Shown piece by piece: positions 48,357 through 62,869 of a stretch of 64,000 nt of DNA. The notes below the pieces were generated by a model. That model saw only the letters and a list, made by a program, of their open reading frames with translations. It did no database searches and had not been told where the DNA came from. The stretch comes from Paraspadella gotoi (taxonomy: Eukaryota; Animalia; Chaetognatha), in assembly GCA_051294375.1 (NCBI GenBank), contig CM119264.1, positions 26,446,008 through 26,510,007 on the forward strand, written 5' to 3'. The position numbers and the translations under genes were made by a program. Positions within the stretch are counted from its first letter, which is position 1. Every line of letters begins with the position of its first letter.

Positions 48357-51300
48357 ATATAAAAGTGGGAAAAAGAATTATTGCTGAGTGTAACCAAATC
48401 GTCGTTTTCATTAGTGGAGTTTTTTTCCATTATACACAGTTTCCAATTAGTTACAATGGAAAATAATTTTGATTAATACCTTAATTAGTAAGAATGAATG
48501 GGTTCATAGCAACGACCCTGCACTCAAACTGACTTTCCAAAATCTCTGACATCGTCATAATGCATTAAAAATAAACAACACTACTCATACACATTCACGG
48601 AACTTACCTTTTCGGGCCCGGATTTCCTCACCCTTTTCGGTTTTTACATCTCCTACGCGCCTTTATTCCACCATTATTTTCTATACCCCTTCCCCACTTC
48701 CCTCCCTATCTCCCTACTTTTCCCTTCCCCTTCCTCTCTCCCTTCCCCTCTTCCCCCTATTTTTTGCCTCCTTTCCCCTTTTTCCCCCCAGGGAATTTGG
48801 CCGAAAAAATAAAAGTCTGACCTTTAGAACCGGAAACATTTTCCGAAACGAAAAATTCTGTTTCGAATTAGAGGGAAAAAAGGAAAAAAAAGGTGCCGAG
48901 AAAGGCTGATATTAAATAATAACGGCTGCCACAGCGACGTGGATAACAATACAATCAAACACAAAAAACAAGCAGGACTAACAACGAACGACGAAAAATC
49001 GAAAATAGAAAATTGTGAGGGAAAAAAAAAAATTCGTAAAGGAGTAAAAAAAAATATTAAACAAATCATAAATTACTAAATATTTATCGCCTATCTAAAG
49101 GTAGTCCACTGGCACAAAACTATCTAATTTCTTTAAATAAAATTAATATTACTGCCCACATATTCCAGTTACGTAAAATGACAATGACTGGGGGCTTGTC
49201 GTGGTCGCTAAATCACTTACCCAAAGCCCCCCTCCCTCCGCAAATGATCAACAGAAAACTGAATAAATCACCGACTGAGGAATTGAATCAAAACAAATGA
49301 ATAGGGAGAAACTGGCCGGAATGTTGAAGGGAAGCAAGCCAAAGGAGGAGTAAATCGGATGGAAATTCACGGATTCACCTCGAGGCGCCGGAAATTCGCC
49401 GTCACGCGCGAGAACGAAAGTCTTTGCGACGCAAACGTCCGGTCCGGCACCGCAGATTGTCTATCACCTTGGCGCCCTTTTCTACTGATTGGTTTATCTC
49501 TTTCCTAAGATTGGCTTTCCAACACAAACAGCCTCGTCTCATCGTCGGGGGCCCGTGGGCGAAGCCTCCTGTAATCCGGCCTCTCGGAAGACAAGACATG
49601 CAGGACGCCCTCTGGCCCGAGGTTTCTGCCTCGACCCGTCCACATGGCGACGGGACGTCCGCCGAAAATAGATCCACGTCCAATACGGAGTCCAATCGGC
49701 GGAGGCCACAAGAACCCCCGGGTTAACCTAAGGAGAGGCGAAAGAACCGGCCAGGGCGCGAAAGGCAGCAGCTCAAAAAACCTCCGCGCGTATCGTCGAG
49801 GGATTGCGTTCCTGAATGCGGCGGTCGTTGCAGCTCGGTCGTTAGGTCGGCTTAGTTAATATTTTTTTTTTTATTTTTTGGGATGAATAAGTTTGTAAAA
49901 AAGCAAATAACGGTTCCATAACGGCCCGATCTTTTCAGAGAAACGATTATGATCCGAAATAACAAAGTGACGAGATTTTCGGCTAAAAAAAATAGTGACT
50001 AGAAACGGTGGAAAAGACTGGTCTGAAAAAGGTCAAACTAAATGACCAAAGGAAAATGACCGGACGCGAGGTCACAAAATCTTTCAAAAGTTTTTCATCA
50101 ATGAAAAAATATGCATGTTCCCTGGTTTTAGGAAAATCTTATTTCCATTTTAATTCTTTAAATCATTATCAAGAGTCCCCTATTTGTCTTTTGTTTTTTT
50201 TCATCAAACTATTGCTTTTGCGAACAAGCTGGTCGTGAAATCTAATCGCCGTTTCAAAATTCAGGTTTCTGCCCTTATTTCCGCCAGAGTCCGCCTTTGT
50301 TCAAATTATGAGCTCAGCATACCTACAAGCCGTCGAAGCCCGGCCCGCAATCGCCACCATCGAGCCGAATAGAGAGAGAAGAGCTTCAAAGCCCATAAAT
50401 CGGCGCTGCGTACGGCTGCCCGGCACCGCCGTCGCTCGCCGAGACGCGTTGCGTGCTTTCCCAACGCGCGCCCCTTTGTACGGGAAGCACGGCCGCCGGT
50501 TGAGAGAGCGAGAGAGAAGAGAAAGAAAGAAAAGAAAATAAAGCGAGCTAAAAAAATAGAAAAAACAAGGAGGGAAGAAAAAAAGGAAAAAAGTAGGCGA
50601 AAGATTCTGATGACGTCATAGTCATTAATGAGAACGAATTGAAGTCGCGGTTTAAAGAGTCGTCGTGTGTCGTCGTCGGCGTCGTTGAAGGTCCCGTCCG
50701 AGGTCGTAGGGTGACATTAGTTTTGTCATTTTGGCAAAGGAAAACTTTGTTTTCGACATATGGGCGACAGGAAATTGTCCATTTTTGAAGGAAAAAGGTT
50801 TCCGACTCAATCATGGTTTGAAGATGAATGAACAAAGGGAATCTTTGTGCCTTAAAAGATCATATTCATGATCAATTGATTGTTTATGGATTTCAAGCCG
50901 AAATCGCACTCTTTTAAGATAAAAAGCCATTCTGAAGTAATAGACCGCTTGACGTGTCCACCGCCATATTAAATAATAATTTCCATTAGATATGTCATTA
51001 ATTTACGTAATAATTATAACGCTAATGGCTGTTTAAATTTGTCCATTCGTTTGTTTGGTATTTAGCCTCTATATTCTTTAAAATACATTTTTATTTTTCA
51101 ATTATTTTTTCTTTTTCCTCCATTTTCCATATTTTCATATCTTTGTTTAGTTATTTTCATTTTTAAGTACTTCGCGGAACAAACTCTATAAGTCACTTTT
51201 CGAATCGGTCTGTTCGTCGTTCGTCCGTCGGTTGGTATGTCTATTCCGTCGGTCTGTCCGCAATATGTTAAAAATGCAATATAATTTGCCTATAGTTAAG

Positions 51301-53469
51301 ATTGCTCATTTGTTAGACCAGAAAAAGACTGCAAATCCAAGGGGACTGCTTAGCGCCAGCTTTGAGGAATTCCTAAAGCTATAAGGAATAAAAGATATAA
51401 TTGTTTAATAAATTGTACAGTCAATATACATGGGCAAAAAAGTTTTAGTCATTGTCATGTTATGTCATATCATCTAATCAAGGGAAATACACCATAAAAA
51501 ATAAAGCACCTGCGGCGCAACAGCATTGTAATTATCGGTTTCTTAGTTTTTCTATATTTCTTTCTTTTTTTTTTTTCTTTCTTGCTTTCTTTTTTCTTTA
51601 TTTCTTTTCTTCCCCTTTCCTTTTTTTTCTTTTTTTTTGCTTATTCTTTCCTGCTTTTTTCTTTCACTATTTTAATGACGACTTGAGGCAAAGTAAAATA
51701 CCTATTTTACATTTCAATACAATTTTTTAAACCGGCCCGAATAAGTGGGCAAAGAAATATTAGGGAAATAAGCCGTGTTTAATAACCCGTGTTTAAATGC
51801 CGTGTTTAATGGCGTGTTAATGCCGTGTTTTGAATCGAGAGTTTTTTCATCGCGGAGTCCTTGAAAGAATTTCTTCTACAATTTAAAATCTTACTCAGCG
51901 ATCAAAGATTGTTACTTACCAAATAAACAGAATGACTTGCATTTTTTTTTAATCCGGAAAGTCGGCAACTTTTAATTCTCGATAAATTCATGATGTTAGA
52001 ATAATATGAAGATTTATTAGATTACTTAATAAAAATGATTAGATATTAGATATTTACGTAAATTAAAACTTCTACAGTTCCGGTTTAGTTTTCCAACTTG
52101 TAAATTACCGAATCAATTAACGTTGCCTTCAAATAGGACGGTTTTCGGTTTCGTCAATTTCCGGGTTATATTGTAACAGTAAGGCGTAGTTAAAAAATTT
52201 CTAATTTAACTTTAATTAAAAATTCTACAAAGTGAGGAACGAACAACATTAATAACTAATAAATATTTATGTAATAAAAATTTTATAAATAAATTTTACA
52301 ATTTAACCAGAGGCCAATTTAATACTAGTAAACTAAACCAATAAATGTTCAAGATTTTCAAAACAGTTTTTTTTAAAAAGATTTTTTTTTTGCAGAATTT
52401 GGATTCGTCATAAAAAAGTTGATTAAAAAAGAAATAATAACTCTTTTAGAAAAATTCCTTTTATTAAGTGAGTCAAATTAAAAAGCTATATTCTAAGCTG
52501 AATTAAACTTTTTATATATTAAATATAGTTTTTTTTAATTTTTAACACCCACTTAATGAAAGAATTTTTAAAAAAAAATGATTTATATTTTCTTTTATCA
52601 ACTTTTGATGAGGACTTCAAATCTGCCAATCAAAATTAAGAAAAAGCCTTAATTTTAAAAATTTTTTCGATTTAATAAGGATAGTACTAAATAATATAAA
52701 ATAAGCCCTAAATGCGAAATTAAAAAAAAAACATAATTAATTTTTTTTACAAATTAATGTTCACTACTGATGGTATGTATCGGGCATTGCCAAGGTTCAC
52801 CCGCCCGTAAAGCATAACTCTTTCAAGTTGTGACCCGGTGGCTCATTTGAGTAATGCCATCAGCTCATTTGACACTAGGTACCGGGTTCAATCCCAACCC
52901 GTACCTTACCCTGCCGGGAAGAGTGAGGACGGCCGTAAGCCGCCTTGGGGGCGTTGGCAACACCTCAAAAGCCTGTTTCCCACAGCCCAGGACCCGTTTC
53001 CAATGTCTGCTAGAGGGGGTTATAGAATTATGGGATAGTCATCTTCAGCCCACTTAGCGCCTTATCCCACACTGTTCATAATTGAACTTTTTTAAGAATT
53101 TTTCGTAAGTACTTTCACTAACGCCTTAAATTGTACATACAATATTTGAAATATCGTAGATTCAATTCTTCTTTCGGTTCCCAATTTCCTCAGCGCTTTC
53201 TTCTCAAATGATTATACCTTTTTATTTAAAACAAGGGGATTTTACCTCGCCCATGGGCCAAGTATTTTTACTCGTCGGTTCCGGGTTGCTTTGCTTCAAA
53301 ACTTTCCGCCCGATATCACTTCAGGGCTTTTGTTATTCTCTACAATTAATTATAAAAGCCGCCATCCATCAAATATCTCCGTTTCATCTCTCTCGCTGAC
53401 AGTAAAAAATATTCTCAAACTTTAAAAGATCCGGTCCATCCCATCGGCCCAACTTTTTATTCTGCGAAC

Positions 53470-54730
53470 ATGCCCAGGTCTTGCGGCGCCCGTTTCTTGT
53501 TTTCGGCTGCGACCTCGTCTACGCCGCACGGCACACCGGTGCAAAAGCGTCCGTCCCGATCGATTCGCGAACGGAATGCGAACGGCGCCATTTTGTTTTT
53601 TTCTCGCGAAAATGACGATGATGCCAAACGAGTTGCTCTTACATCTGCGGGCCGGAGTTGGGGCGTCGGACTGAGAGATGTCTGCAGGAACCTAATTGCC
53701 GGGGAGGTGGGTTGGAAAGGTTTCTAAATCGAATCTCGTCATTTCGAGCAACTAAAAAATATATTAAACTTACAGATTACTTAAGTAGTTAATCTACTAA
53801 TACCAATACTAATACTAATACTATGACCAAATTTTTATTCTCAGTCCGATGGCGTTCTGTTGCGCCCTCAAATTTCAATCACCTCAATGCAAACGCCACC
53901 TGTCGATCGGCAGGTCCAGAGAGCGCAGAACGTACGGCAAACGTTGTTCTATCAAGGCCCACGCCCACCGTCACCCGCACGTGCGTTCGAAAAGGCAGAA
54001 CTCGGCGGGCGACGTTGCGTCGGTGACAAGGGTCGTTGTCGTACCGTTGCCTGCGGTACATGAGTTGCGACGCCCAACCGACCTCGGAGGTGCAATTAAA
54101 TAATAATCCTTTGCAAATACTCGTATTTTAATTGTAATTCCCGACATAATTTTTTAACAATTTGGTTTGTTTCCCAGTTTTTTTATCCACTGAAACATTT
54201 GTTAAATTAATAATTTATTTACTTTCGTTCAAAATATGAAAAAATAAACTTAGAAGATAACAGTAAGAAATGTTTATACAACCAACTTTTTTTTTTTTAT
54301 TTCAATAAGAAACGTTCATGTTTCGGCTCCTATTTGCGAGCCTTATAGAGCCGAAACATGTTTTACGTTTTGGATTGAAAATTTAAAAAAAATCGTTGGT
54401 AAAACATATTCAAAACGGCTCTTCTAAAGAAACGAAAAGAAAAGGAATTAAAAAGGAAAAACATAAACTAAACGAAATTAGGGGTTTATATATTATGTTT
54501 CCTAATCTTTTTGTTGTTACTGTTTACTGCTGAGTCAGGTATAAAAAAAATTATCCGTTTGAACAAGTCTACCAAACAGTTTTTTCCTTGGGTCGATTCA
54601 AAGGAAACGTATTTCGCGGTTATGATGAATTCCCATCATCAATCAAATCGCCATGGTTTCCGTAACGGCTTACGTCCCCAAATTTCGTCGATAGGACAAT
54701 CTGCATATTATCGAATCTCCGTCTTCGGAA
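53470..54730 (+). pseudogene. Mirrored, indel-riddled copy of paralogue 5 (probably an allele with read errors)
   Basis: Reverse complement of 32120-33694 without the intron-1 insertion. Confidence 0.75.
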
Positions 54731-55271
54731 GCTTCAAATAGGTAATTCAGCTACGATGCGCCGTGCTCGAACTATTTTTTTATTAAAAAGAAAATTTGTT
54801 TGTTGTTGATAAAATTAATTTCGTTGCAATGTTCGATAATATTGCTGTCGTTTTGATGTAGATAGCAGCATAGCTAGATAATCGATCAGAACTTAACTGC
54901 GCCTGTACTTAGGCCAGAATGAACGCCTTCAAAAGATGTAAAATAAAAGTGAAAAATGTTTAACTTCTTTGTCTTAATTTAAAAAACATTTTAAACAATT
55001 TAAAACATTTCATATAAAAATTTAATAAATTGGTTTGTAACATGAATTATGTCCAGTTGTATACTGAATCCAAAGTGTAGAAAACTTTGATTCGATGATC
55101 AAAAAATTTATTCTTATCTTTCAATGCCCAAAACTTATAACCATTTAGGGTAGCAAGTGTTGTCTGCAAAACTGACAAACCCAATATTGGGATTTTTTAC
55201 ACAGAGATTAATTTAGACTATTGTTATTTAATTACATTTAATTTACCTTTAATACACAAATTAAAGAGATT

Positions 55272-55351
<80 letters not shown>

Positions 55352-58300
55352 AAGAGAGAGAGAGAGAGTGAAAAAATTTAAAAAGTAGGTAAGTTTTTTT
55401 TTTTTAGGTTATTCCCCGAGTAAAATTCAGTCGAAAATGGAAAAAGGGCGCGCCCATCTAGAAGTTTAAAAACTCGACGGTAACTTTCGACTATAAGTCT
55501 TTAGTCTTTACATTAGAGGCGCAGTGAAGCTTACGTATCGGAAATTCTAAAAAGTCAATTATGAACACATACGATCAGTGAACAATTAAATTTGTAAAAA
55601 AAAATTATTTTTATGTTTTTTAAATTTTCGCAGTAAGCTAATCTAATTTATATAATATAATATAGTAAGCTATCGCTTATAAATCGAAAAATTTCAAAAA
55701 ATTGGCTTTTTGTTAATTTTGAAATTGCAGATTTTTGAATTCCTCGTCAAAAGTTGATAATAAGAAAAAATAAAATCATTTTTTAAAAATTCTTTCATTA
55801 AAGTGGGTTAAAAATTAAAAAAAAACTATATTTTTAATAAATAAAAGTTATTTTCCAGCTTTAAAATATAGGTTTTTTTAATTTTTTGACACACTTAATG
55901 AAAACTTATCAAACTGTTTATGATGAATCCAATCAAATTCAATTATCTTCGGTACAATGCGATGAACTCTCAAACAGAATTCCAATCTGCAAAAAAAATC
56001 TTAGAAAAAAACTGGTTTTTGGAAATTTTAACAATTTATTGGCCTACTGGTGTAAATTGGTAAAATTTAATCTAAAAATAAATATTTTTATACATAAAAT
56101 GTTCATTAGTATAATGTTGTTCGTTCCTCACTCTTGATTTAGAAAATTTTTAAAATTAAAGTTAAATTTAAAAAATTTTAACTACGGCCTTACTTTACAT
56201 TTTAGTATAGTATGACTCCACGAGAAAAAGTGCTAAAAAATCCTGTAGTTTAATAATACGTATTACAGGCCGTAATTAAATTCGTTTAAAAGAAGGTAGC
56301 AAATAGGAACCATGTCTTTGAGTTGGACGTCATCCATGAAAATTTAGTCTGCTTAATCCAAAAACGTCTTTTGTTTTTATAGGGAACTAAGTCCTGAAAC
56401 GGAGGCCGAATTTTTTTGATGAGTCAGCCCATGGTTTAATATCAAAGGAAAACTTGACATCTTCCGATGCTCTTTCGTGTCGTTAAAACTTACACACCCT
56501 TCTTCCTTCCCCTATCATCGAAGTTTTTCAAAAACGCCACAGTCACCAGACAGACAAAAAAAAAAATTGTCTGGCTTTGGGCTGAAGTAGCAGGGCCACT
56601 AAGTAGATTTAAACATTTTCATTAGATTTCTCACGTAGAAAATTTTTTTTTTTAATCACTTATCAAAATAGCCAAGCTTTCGGTAACAATTTTGAAAGAT
56701 TCTCAAAAAGCAGAAACAGAGGCTATTTATAAATCAGGGGCAAGATAGCTATTTATTAAAATGAAATGGATCAATTTTTTATATTGGTTGTAAACCAATT
56801 TCAAATTGTAAGTAAGGGGTAAAGTAAGGGTAAGTTAGACGAAGCCAGATTCCTCTTCCCGAAAATCCTCCTCCGTCCCTCTTCTAGAACCTTCTTTTCC
56901 CTCCCTTTCGAAATCGAAATCCAAGTTTGGAGGACTTCGATAAAACCGAGAAAAACTTCGAAGAACAAAAGCCTCACGCCCTTAATTACAAGGAAATTGA
57001 TCCAACATGCCACGCGGCTTGTCGAATTAGAAAAACATTCTTATTCGGTGCGACATTCTGCTTCAGAATATTTTTAAAGTAACGTTTTAAAAATAAAAAA
57101 ATAAAAGTGTCATGCTTTATATCCTGCGAACAATGAGTTCATTCCGCTGATCACGTACCTTACGTCCCAGTGTCGTTTTTATGAGATTACGCGGCAAAAC
57201 GGAGAAAGAAACAAAAATTTATCTTGGAAATTACTGAAATTCTCAAAAATTCTCAAAATATTAATTCAAAGAAATACTGAAGATTTTAATTAAATAAATT
57301 ATTAAAGTTGATTAATTTTTTTATTAAACAACTTTCCGATTTGCGACTAGGCAATTATCCGAGGAGACGTGATTTTATGTGATTATCGTGATTTTATTTT
57401 ATTTAATTTATTTTTAAGACGCAAAATCAAAAAAATTTTCACTGTCACTTTAGCCAAAAACAAACAAACAAACAAAAAAAAAAACAAAAAAACTCATAAC
57501 GATTTCCGCCCCAACCGAAACAACACAACTAACAACTCCCACCGCTTCATCGTCCCTTTCAATTTTTTCGGCCGGAATGACAAAAAACGAATCGCCACTT
57601 CCGTCCTCAATGCTCCGTCAGAGACGCGGCCCGTGGTCCTCCTTCGTCTCCGTCGCGTGCACGCTACTCGAAAGTTACGAACGCGACTGGGGGGTGGTCG
57701 TCGCCCCTGACTGACTCTCTTGAGATCAATCGGATCAATCAAATCATCAATCCCCGAATTATTAAAAGTCAGTGCAAAGTTAAATTGTGTTGAAGAGAAT
57801 AGTTAATTTTGGTATGTGAAATAGTGACAGAAACCGTTCAAATATAAGCAGTCCTGAGCTTCGATCAAAGGCTGTAATAAGCCATGTTACAGGAGGAGTT
57901 TAAGCGCCCCGTCGCTCTTAACTGCCTAGTCGACCACCGTGCTAGAACCCTGAGACGCTTTGGGTTGGGAAGGCCAAATGGCTTGCTTCCGGCACAAAAT
58001 GGCCGCTGTTGTAAATAAAGTTTAAAAAAAGCGCCTGACTCATCTCCCTGAGTAATCTCTATTTTTGTTAAAGAACTGTCTTCGCATTCGAAATTTCGCT
58101 CCGAAATGCGACTCGGAAATCTTTGAACCCCTGACAGTGCCGCACCATTTCTAAAATAAATCGGTCAGACAAAAGAAAAGAAAAACGGTTGTTTGCCGTC
58201 GAGTTTGGACTTGGATAATTCTCGCTTCGAATACTCAGGTGATCCGAGAATCACGAGATGACAGAAACATGAGACATAAGAACAGAAGTGAAGAAATTAT

Positions 58301-58931
58301 TTTAACTTTGGCCGACTGGAATCCAAAAAACCCAGTCGTTATTTTTTCTAAATTCGCGTATATATAATTCTTTTTAATGGTTTAGGGATTATAGGTGGTT
58401 AGGGTTGATTAAGGTTATGGGTGGTTCGGAGGTAGTTATGGTTAAGGGTGGTTAAAGGGGTTTTGGGGAGGTGATGTTAAGAGTAGTTGGGGTGGTTTTT
58501 AAAAAGGTTTCGTATTCGTACCAGGTGAGCTTATTTTCTTTTCCTTGTTAATCATGATGAAATTTCCCATAACATTTTGCTCTTAAGAAGCGAAAGACAG
58601 TGAATGTAAAAGTTTGCCTCAATTGCTTTTTTTGCATTGGATTTTCTGGTGGATGTGATCACTGATTCAGAATTTTCAGGTGATCAACGTATCTAAACCG
58701 CAATAAATTAAACAGATTCATAAATCAAGTGATTATTAATCACTTGTTCTTTCTCACCCAAGTATTAACTAAATGATGCCGGTGTTACGCGAAGTTTGAT
58801 TAAGGCTTAAATCGAAAAAAAAAAAAAAAAAAAAATAGAGGACTGAATGACCTACAAATAGTCTCTTCTCTTTATTATTCTTATCCTTTCAAGAACGGAG
58901 CGCGGGTTTTTGCCACCACAACCTTCTGTTC

Positions 58932-60389
58932 ATGTCTTCTACGATCCTTATTTCTTACCGCCTCATTGGCCCCTCGCCTTAGCTTTTCCTCCGGCGAGAC
59001 CGTATACGTCGACGAAGGGAATGCATGCCCGGCCGGAATTCCCTGCGAAGAACGGCGCGCTACTACGGAGTACGACAATGGTGGCTCACAGAGCCGGCAG
59101 CCAGCGTAAATGATCAGGGGATACATTGGCGTAGAGAGCATTGGACCGGAACGGGTGGCGACACGGCGCCGCGGCGCTGGCAAATTTAAACGATCCTAAT
59201 CTCGACGCAATCAACTTCCTGTGCGCTTTATGTTTGCGGGGGAAAGGGCTTATAAAGGAGGTCGTCCCGAGTTGTTTGAAGCAATCCGAATTGCGTTTGG
59301 AAGTAAGTGGCTTGCGGCGGCATCGGGGCAGCGGTGTTAGCAGGGAGCCAGGAAAGATTAGAATTTTACAAGCTAAACAAATTTTTTTTCGTTTTTATTC
59401 AAGGTATAAAATAAATAATTTTTTCAAAAGTTAAATATAATAATAATTTTATGTTAATAAAAAAGAGCCATTAAATAGAAAAAAAAATTGTTAATTTATA
59501 ATAAATGTTTTTAAATATCCACTTTTGTTGTAAATTGATTGCCAGTTGACTGGAAAAATATGAACGCTGCGACGAACTGGACCGCATCGCAACGCTACAT
59601 GTGGAGTCACCGTTGGTTGAGCTGTGAAAATACGACCAACGACGTTCACTACGAAAAAAATGGGGAGCTCCTTCTGACCTTGCGCCCTCAATCGAGGTCA
59701 GCAAAAGCCGCGAGAAATGAATTTGCGTTCGCGAAGAGGTGTGGGCGGACTCGATTGCGTCGGAGATTCCGTCCAATTCCGAGATTGTTATTTTGGATTG
59801 CGGGATGAATGCACCGGTCAGTAATTGCTTATCAAAGAATTAAAGAAGTAAAATATAAGTAATATGGTGAGGGAAAAATAATAATATTAATAGGATAAAG
59901 CAATGGTGTGTTAGTGACCGATAGAATTAAACGTTTGCCTTTTATTTTTTTAAAATAAAAAAACCCAAACAAAAACAAAACAAATTGTGCAAACTTTCCC
60001 TTCGCCCTTTCAGATTCGAACAAGCCTCCATCTTCATCTTCTGCGTGTTTTCTCATATTGCGGGATTAATGATCTTATTGCGATTTCATTTTTTTTTGAT
60101 GGGGTAGTTTAACGTAAATACAAATGAGAAAACGGAGAAATTGAGTAGGCTGCTGAAATATCAAATCAAAATTCCAAACTGTGATTTGAAATTAAAAAAC
60201 AAGACAACTGTAACACTTTTAAAGAATTAAAAATTCTTAAACTTTTAGCTTGGAAATGTATCGGAAAAAGATGGACGAAAAGTCCTGTTCAAAGAATGCT
60301 TCCCCGATGAACGTGGATGGTAGAAAAAAGCGGAAATAAACAAAGGAAAACGAGAGCAAAACGCTATGGAGGTCCAATCGTTCCTTTGA
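58932..60389 (+). pseudogene. Mirrored, indel-riddled copy of paralogue 4 (probably an allele with read errors)
   Basis: Reverse complement of 26929-28214. Confidence 0.75.
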
Positions 60390-62869
60390 TGGGCTTCCTT
60401 TTTCTCTGTTTAAAACGGCTCATTTTTATTTCATATAAATGTAAAAAAGTGTTGTAACATCCTATATCATATACCTAATTAAGTAATCAAGCGTTTAATG
60501 AATACGAATTAGTCAAAGGTTCGTAAAATGTTATCTCATCAATTTCACTAATTGGTCTCAACCTAAATTATTGTCTCTACTAAGTAAAATCAACGTTTGC
60601 CTGTATTTCGTTAAATAAGAAACCTTTATTGTTCATGCAAGTTCTGGTGGAAAATCGGCAATAAACTTTAAAGGTTTCTTTTGCTTTTGAAGAACAATCA
60701 ATAAATTATAATAACAGCCGGTGCCTGTGATGTCCATTGGGATGGGATATCTCACTGTTGGGCTTTTAGGGGTTTCCGACCCTCAGCGAACGCCTCCCAA
60801 GTCACTGGCTCGGTTAGCCTATGAAACTGTCATTCGCTTTTTGCACCAAACGCGAGGAAAAGTCGTTCGGAGCGGGGATGGAACGGCAAACGCTTTTTGG
60901 ATGGTGGCGTTTCCCCTCTGAGCTGGAATGGCTGAATTGTACCGTGTGAATATACCGCCTACAAAAAATGTCGGTTTTTTGAAAACGGGGGGACAGGTTG
61001 TAATAATATTGGCTTATAATACTTAAATATTTCTTTCAATTATTGTGAAGATCTGATCGTATAGCATTACGTATTCTAATTTTTATACGCTTTTTTTTTT
61101 TTCAAAAATGTAAAAGGCGGGTCATTTTCCAAAATTTTGAAGTCAAATATCGTTTACATTTTAATTAGATTTTTTTTCGTCGTTAACGTTTTGGTCTTGT
61201 AACATATGAAAAATTGTACAACGCAAATATAAAAATTAATCCCTTCATTTAATGTAATATTTATTAAAGCTTTTTTTTGTAAATGCAATTTGCAACCTTT
61301 TGTTCTTTTCAATTTTTCCCAACTCCATGAGAATGTACAGAGAGAAGTGCTATATTGGAATGTTCTTCCAGCGACTTGCACGAGAATATGTGCTGATATT
61401 CAAAAAGCAGGGCGAATAGGGTAATAGTGTATGACAGTTGCATTATTTCAGACATTGTCGTCCAAATAAACTAAAATATCGGAATTAGGATTAGATTCAC
61501 TTTCCGAGTGGCCAAAAGACAGGAACACAGGACAGGTGGGTCTGTGGGTTAGACCCCTCCGCGTCCCGCTTATGGCAATGAACAACCAATTTGGGGCGGA
61601 CACAAGGCGGCCCATGGTGGGAAAATGGCGCCTGATGTGGTGCAAGGCGGTGTGGTCCCATAGTGAATTTAAGACATATCCCTGATGTCTTAGTTTGTTT
61701 AAATAGATTTATTTAATTAAATTATTTTTATAAAACAAATTACGGTAAAAAATTAAAAAAAAAACAATTATTTTCGAAGTACAATTAAATTATAAACGTA
61801 CTTAACTGAAAACCAAAATTGCAATTTAAAATTGAAATCTTGAAAGCAATGCCTAGATTTTTTTCGTTCCTCTAACATTCCTTTAGTTTTTTATGTTCCC
61901 AATGAAGGAAATATTCCATTCATTCTTACTTTAATTTTAATAATTGCCCTCAAGTTCAAATAAAAAATTGATTAATGAAATTTTTTTTTGTTGAGTAGAA
62001 ACGAAATTGGAATTGAACTCCTTTATCAAATTGTTAAACTGTGTTTTACTAATCAAGTATGAAAGACGCCATTTTGATGAAGTTTTTGCTGCCAAGGTTT
62101 CAAGGAACTAGTAAGCAGGCAGCCGCTTCAGGCAACTGAGTCGCTCTAACTTCGCGGCTTGAAAACAAAACTCAGTTCGTCGCAAAAACTCCATTTGGTT
62201 GCAGAACAATACGTTGAAAATATTTGTATTTGTTACTGTTTTCCATATTTAAAAAGTAAGATTTTTTTTTTTCAATTTATTTAAATGATTTCCTAAATAA
62301 TTGACAAAAAGGCTTTCGGAACATCGGATTAAATAGCGAAGTCCTTTCTGTGGAATTTTCTCTGCTGGGAATGACACTCCCCCGTTGCTTTCTTTCGACT
62401 TTGTGACCCTTTTTTTCTTTTTTCCTTTTTTCCGCATCCACTCACAATCGGAATTCGATCGTCCGGCTTTTACATATTTAAGTCTTAAAAATACAACATA
62501 TCTCCACCGCTGTTTACATATTTTAAGTCTTAAAAATTACAAACATAATCTGCCCCCTTTTCTGTTTCCAGACATTTCAGATATTTAAGAAATTTTCAAT
62601 AAATGACTTCTTAACAAGATTGATGTCGTAATATCTAATTAAGAAAACTAGGGCAAGAAAGTTAACATTGAACCTTGGAGTTGTATAGATGCTGCCCTCT
62701 AAAATTTCCAGAATGATATAGTAATAACAGGTAATCAATAAATCGTATCACAATATTGCAATTTTTATATACACGGTTATGACGATTTATGTCTTATATA
62801 ATAAATTGCGAATACTTTAAGTCAAAACAAACTGTGCGCTTTCATTGCAGGAGCTTTTTTTGCAACTTT

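Larger units (their letters stand above)
45247..62869 (-). repeat. Inverted second-haplotype copy of about 23628-41545
   Basis: Exact mirror at the start (ORF 40615..40842 equals 45950..46177; coordinate sum 86792), then insertion-rich; lacks the solo LTR and the Penelope-like insert. Confidence 0.92.

Noticed and set aside
38376-48430. Long ORFs rich in SLSL/RERE
   Set aside because: Translations of (CT/GA)n microsatellites, open in several frames on both strands.
45247-62869. A genuine giant palindrome with newly pseudogenised gene copies
   Set aside because: Differences are mostly scattered single-base insertions typical of unpolished long reads, bounded by N gaps; best treated as an allelic copy.
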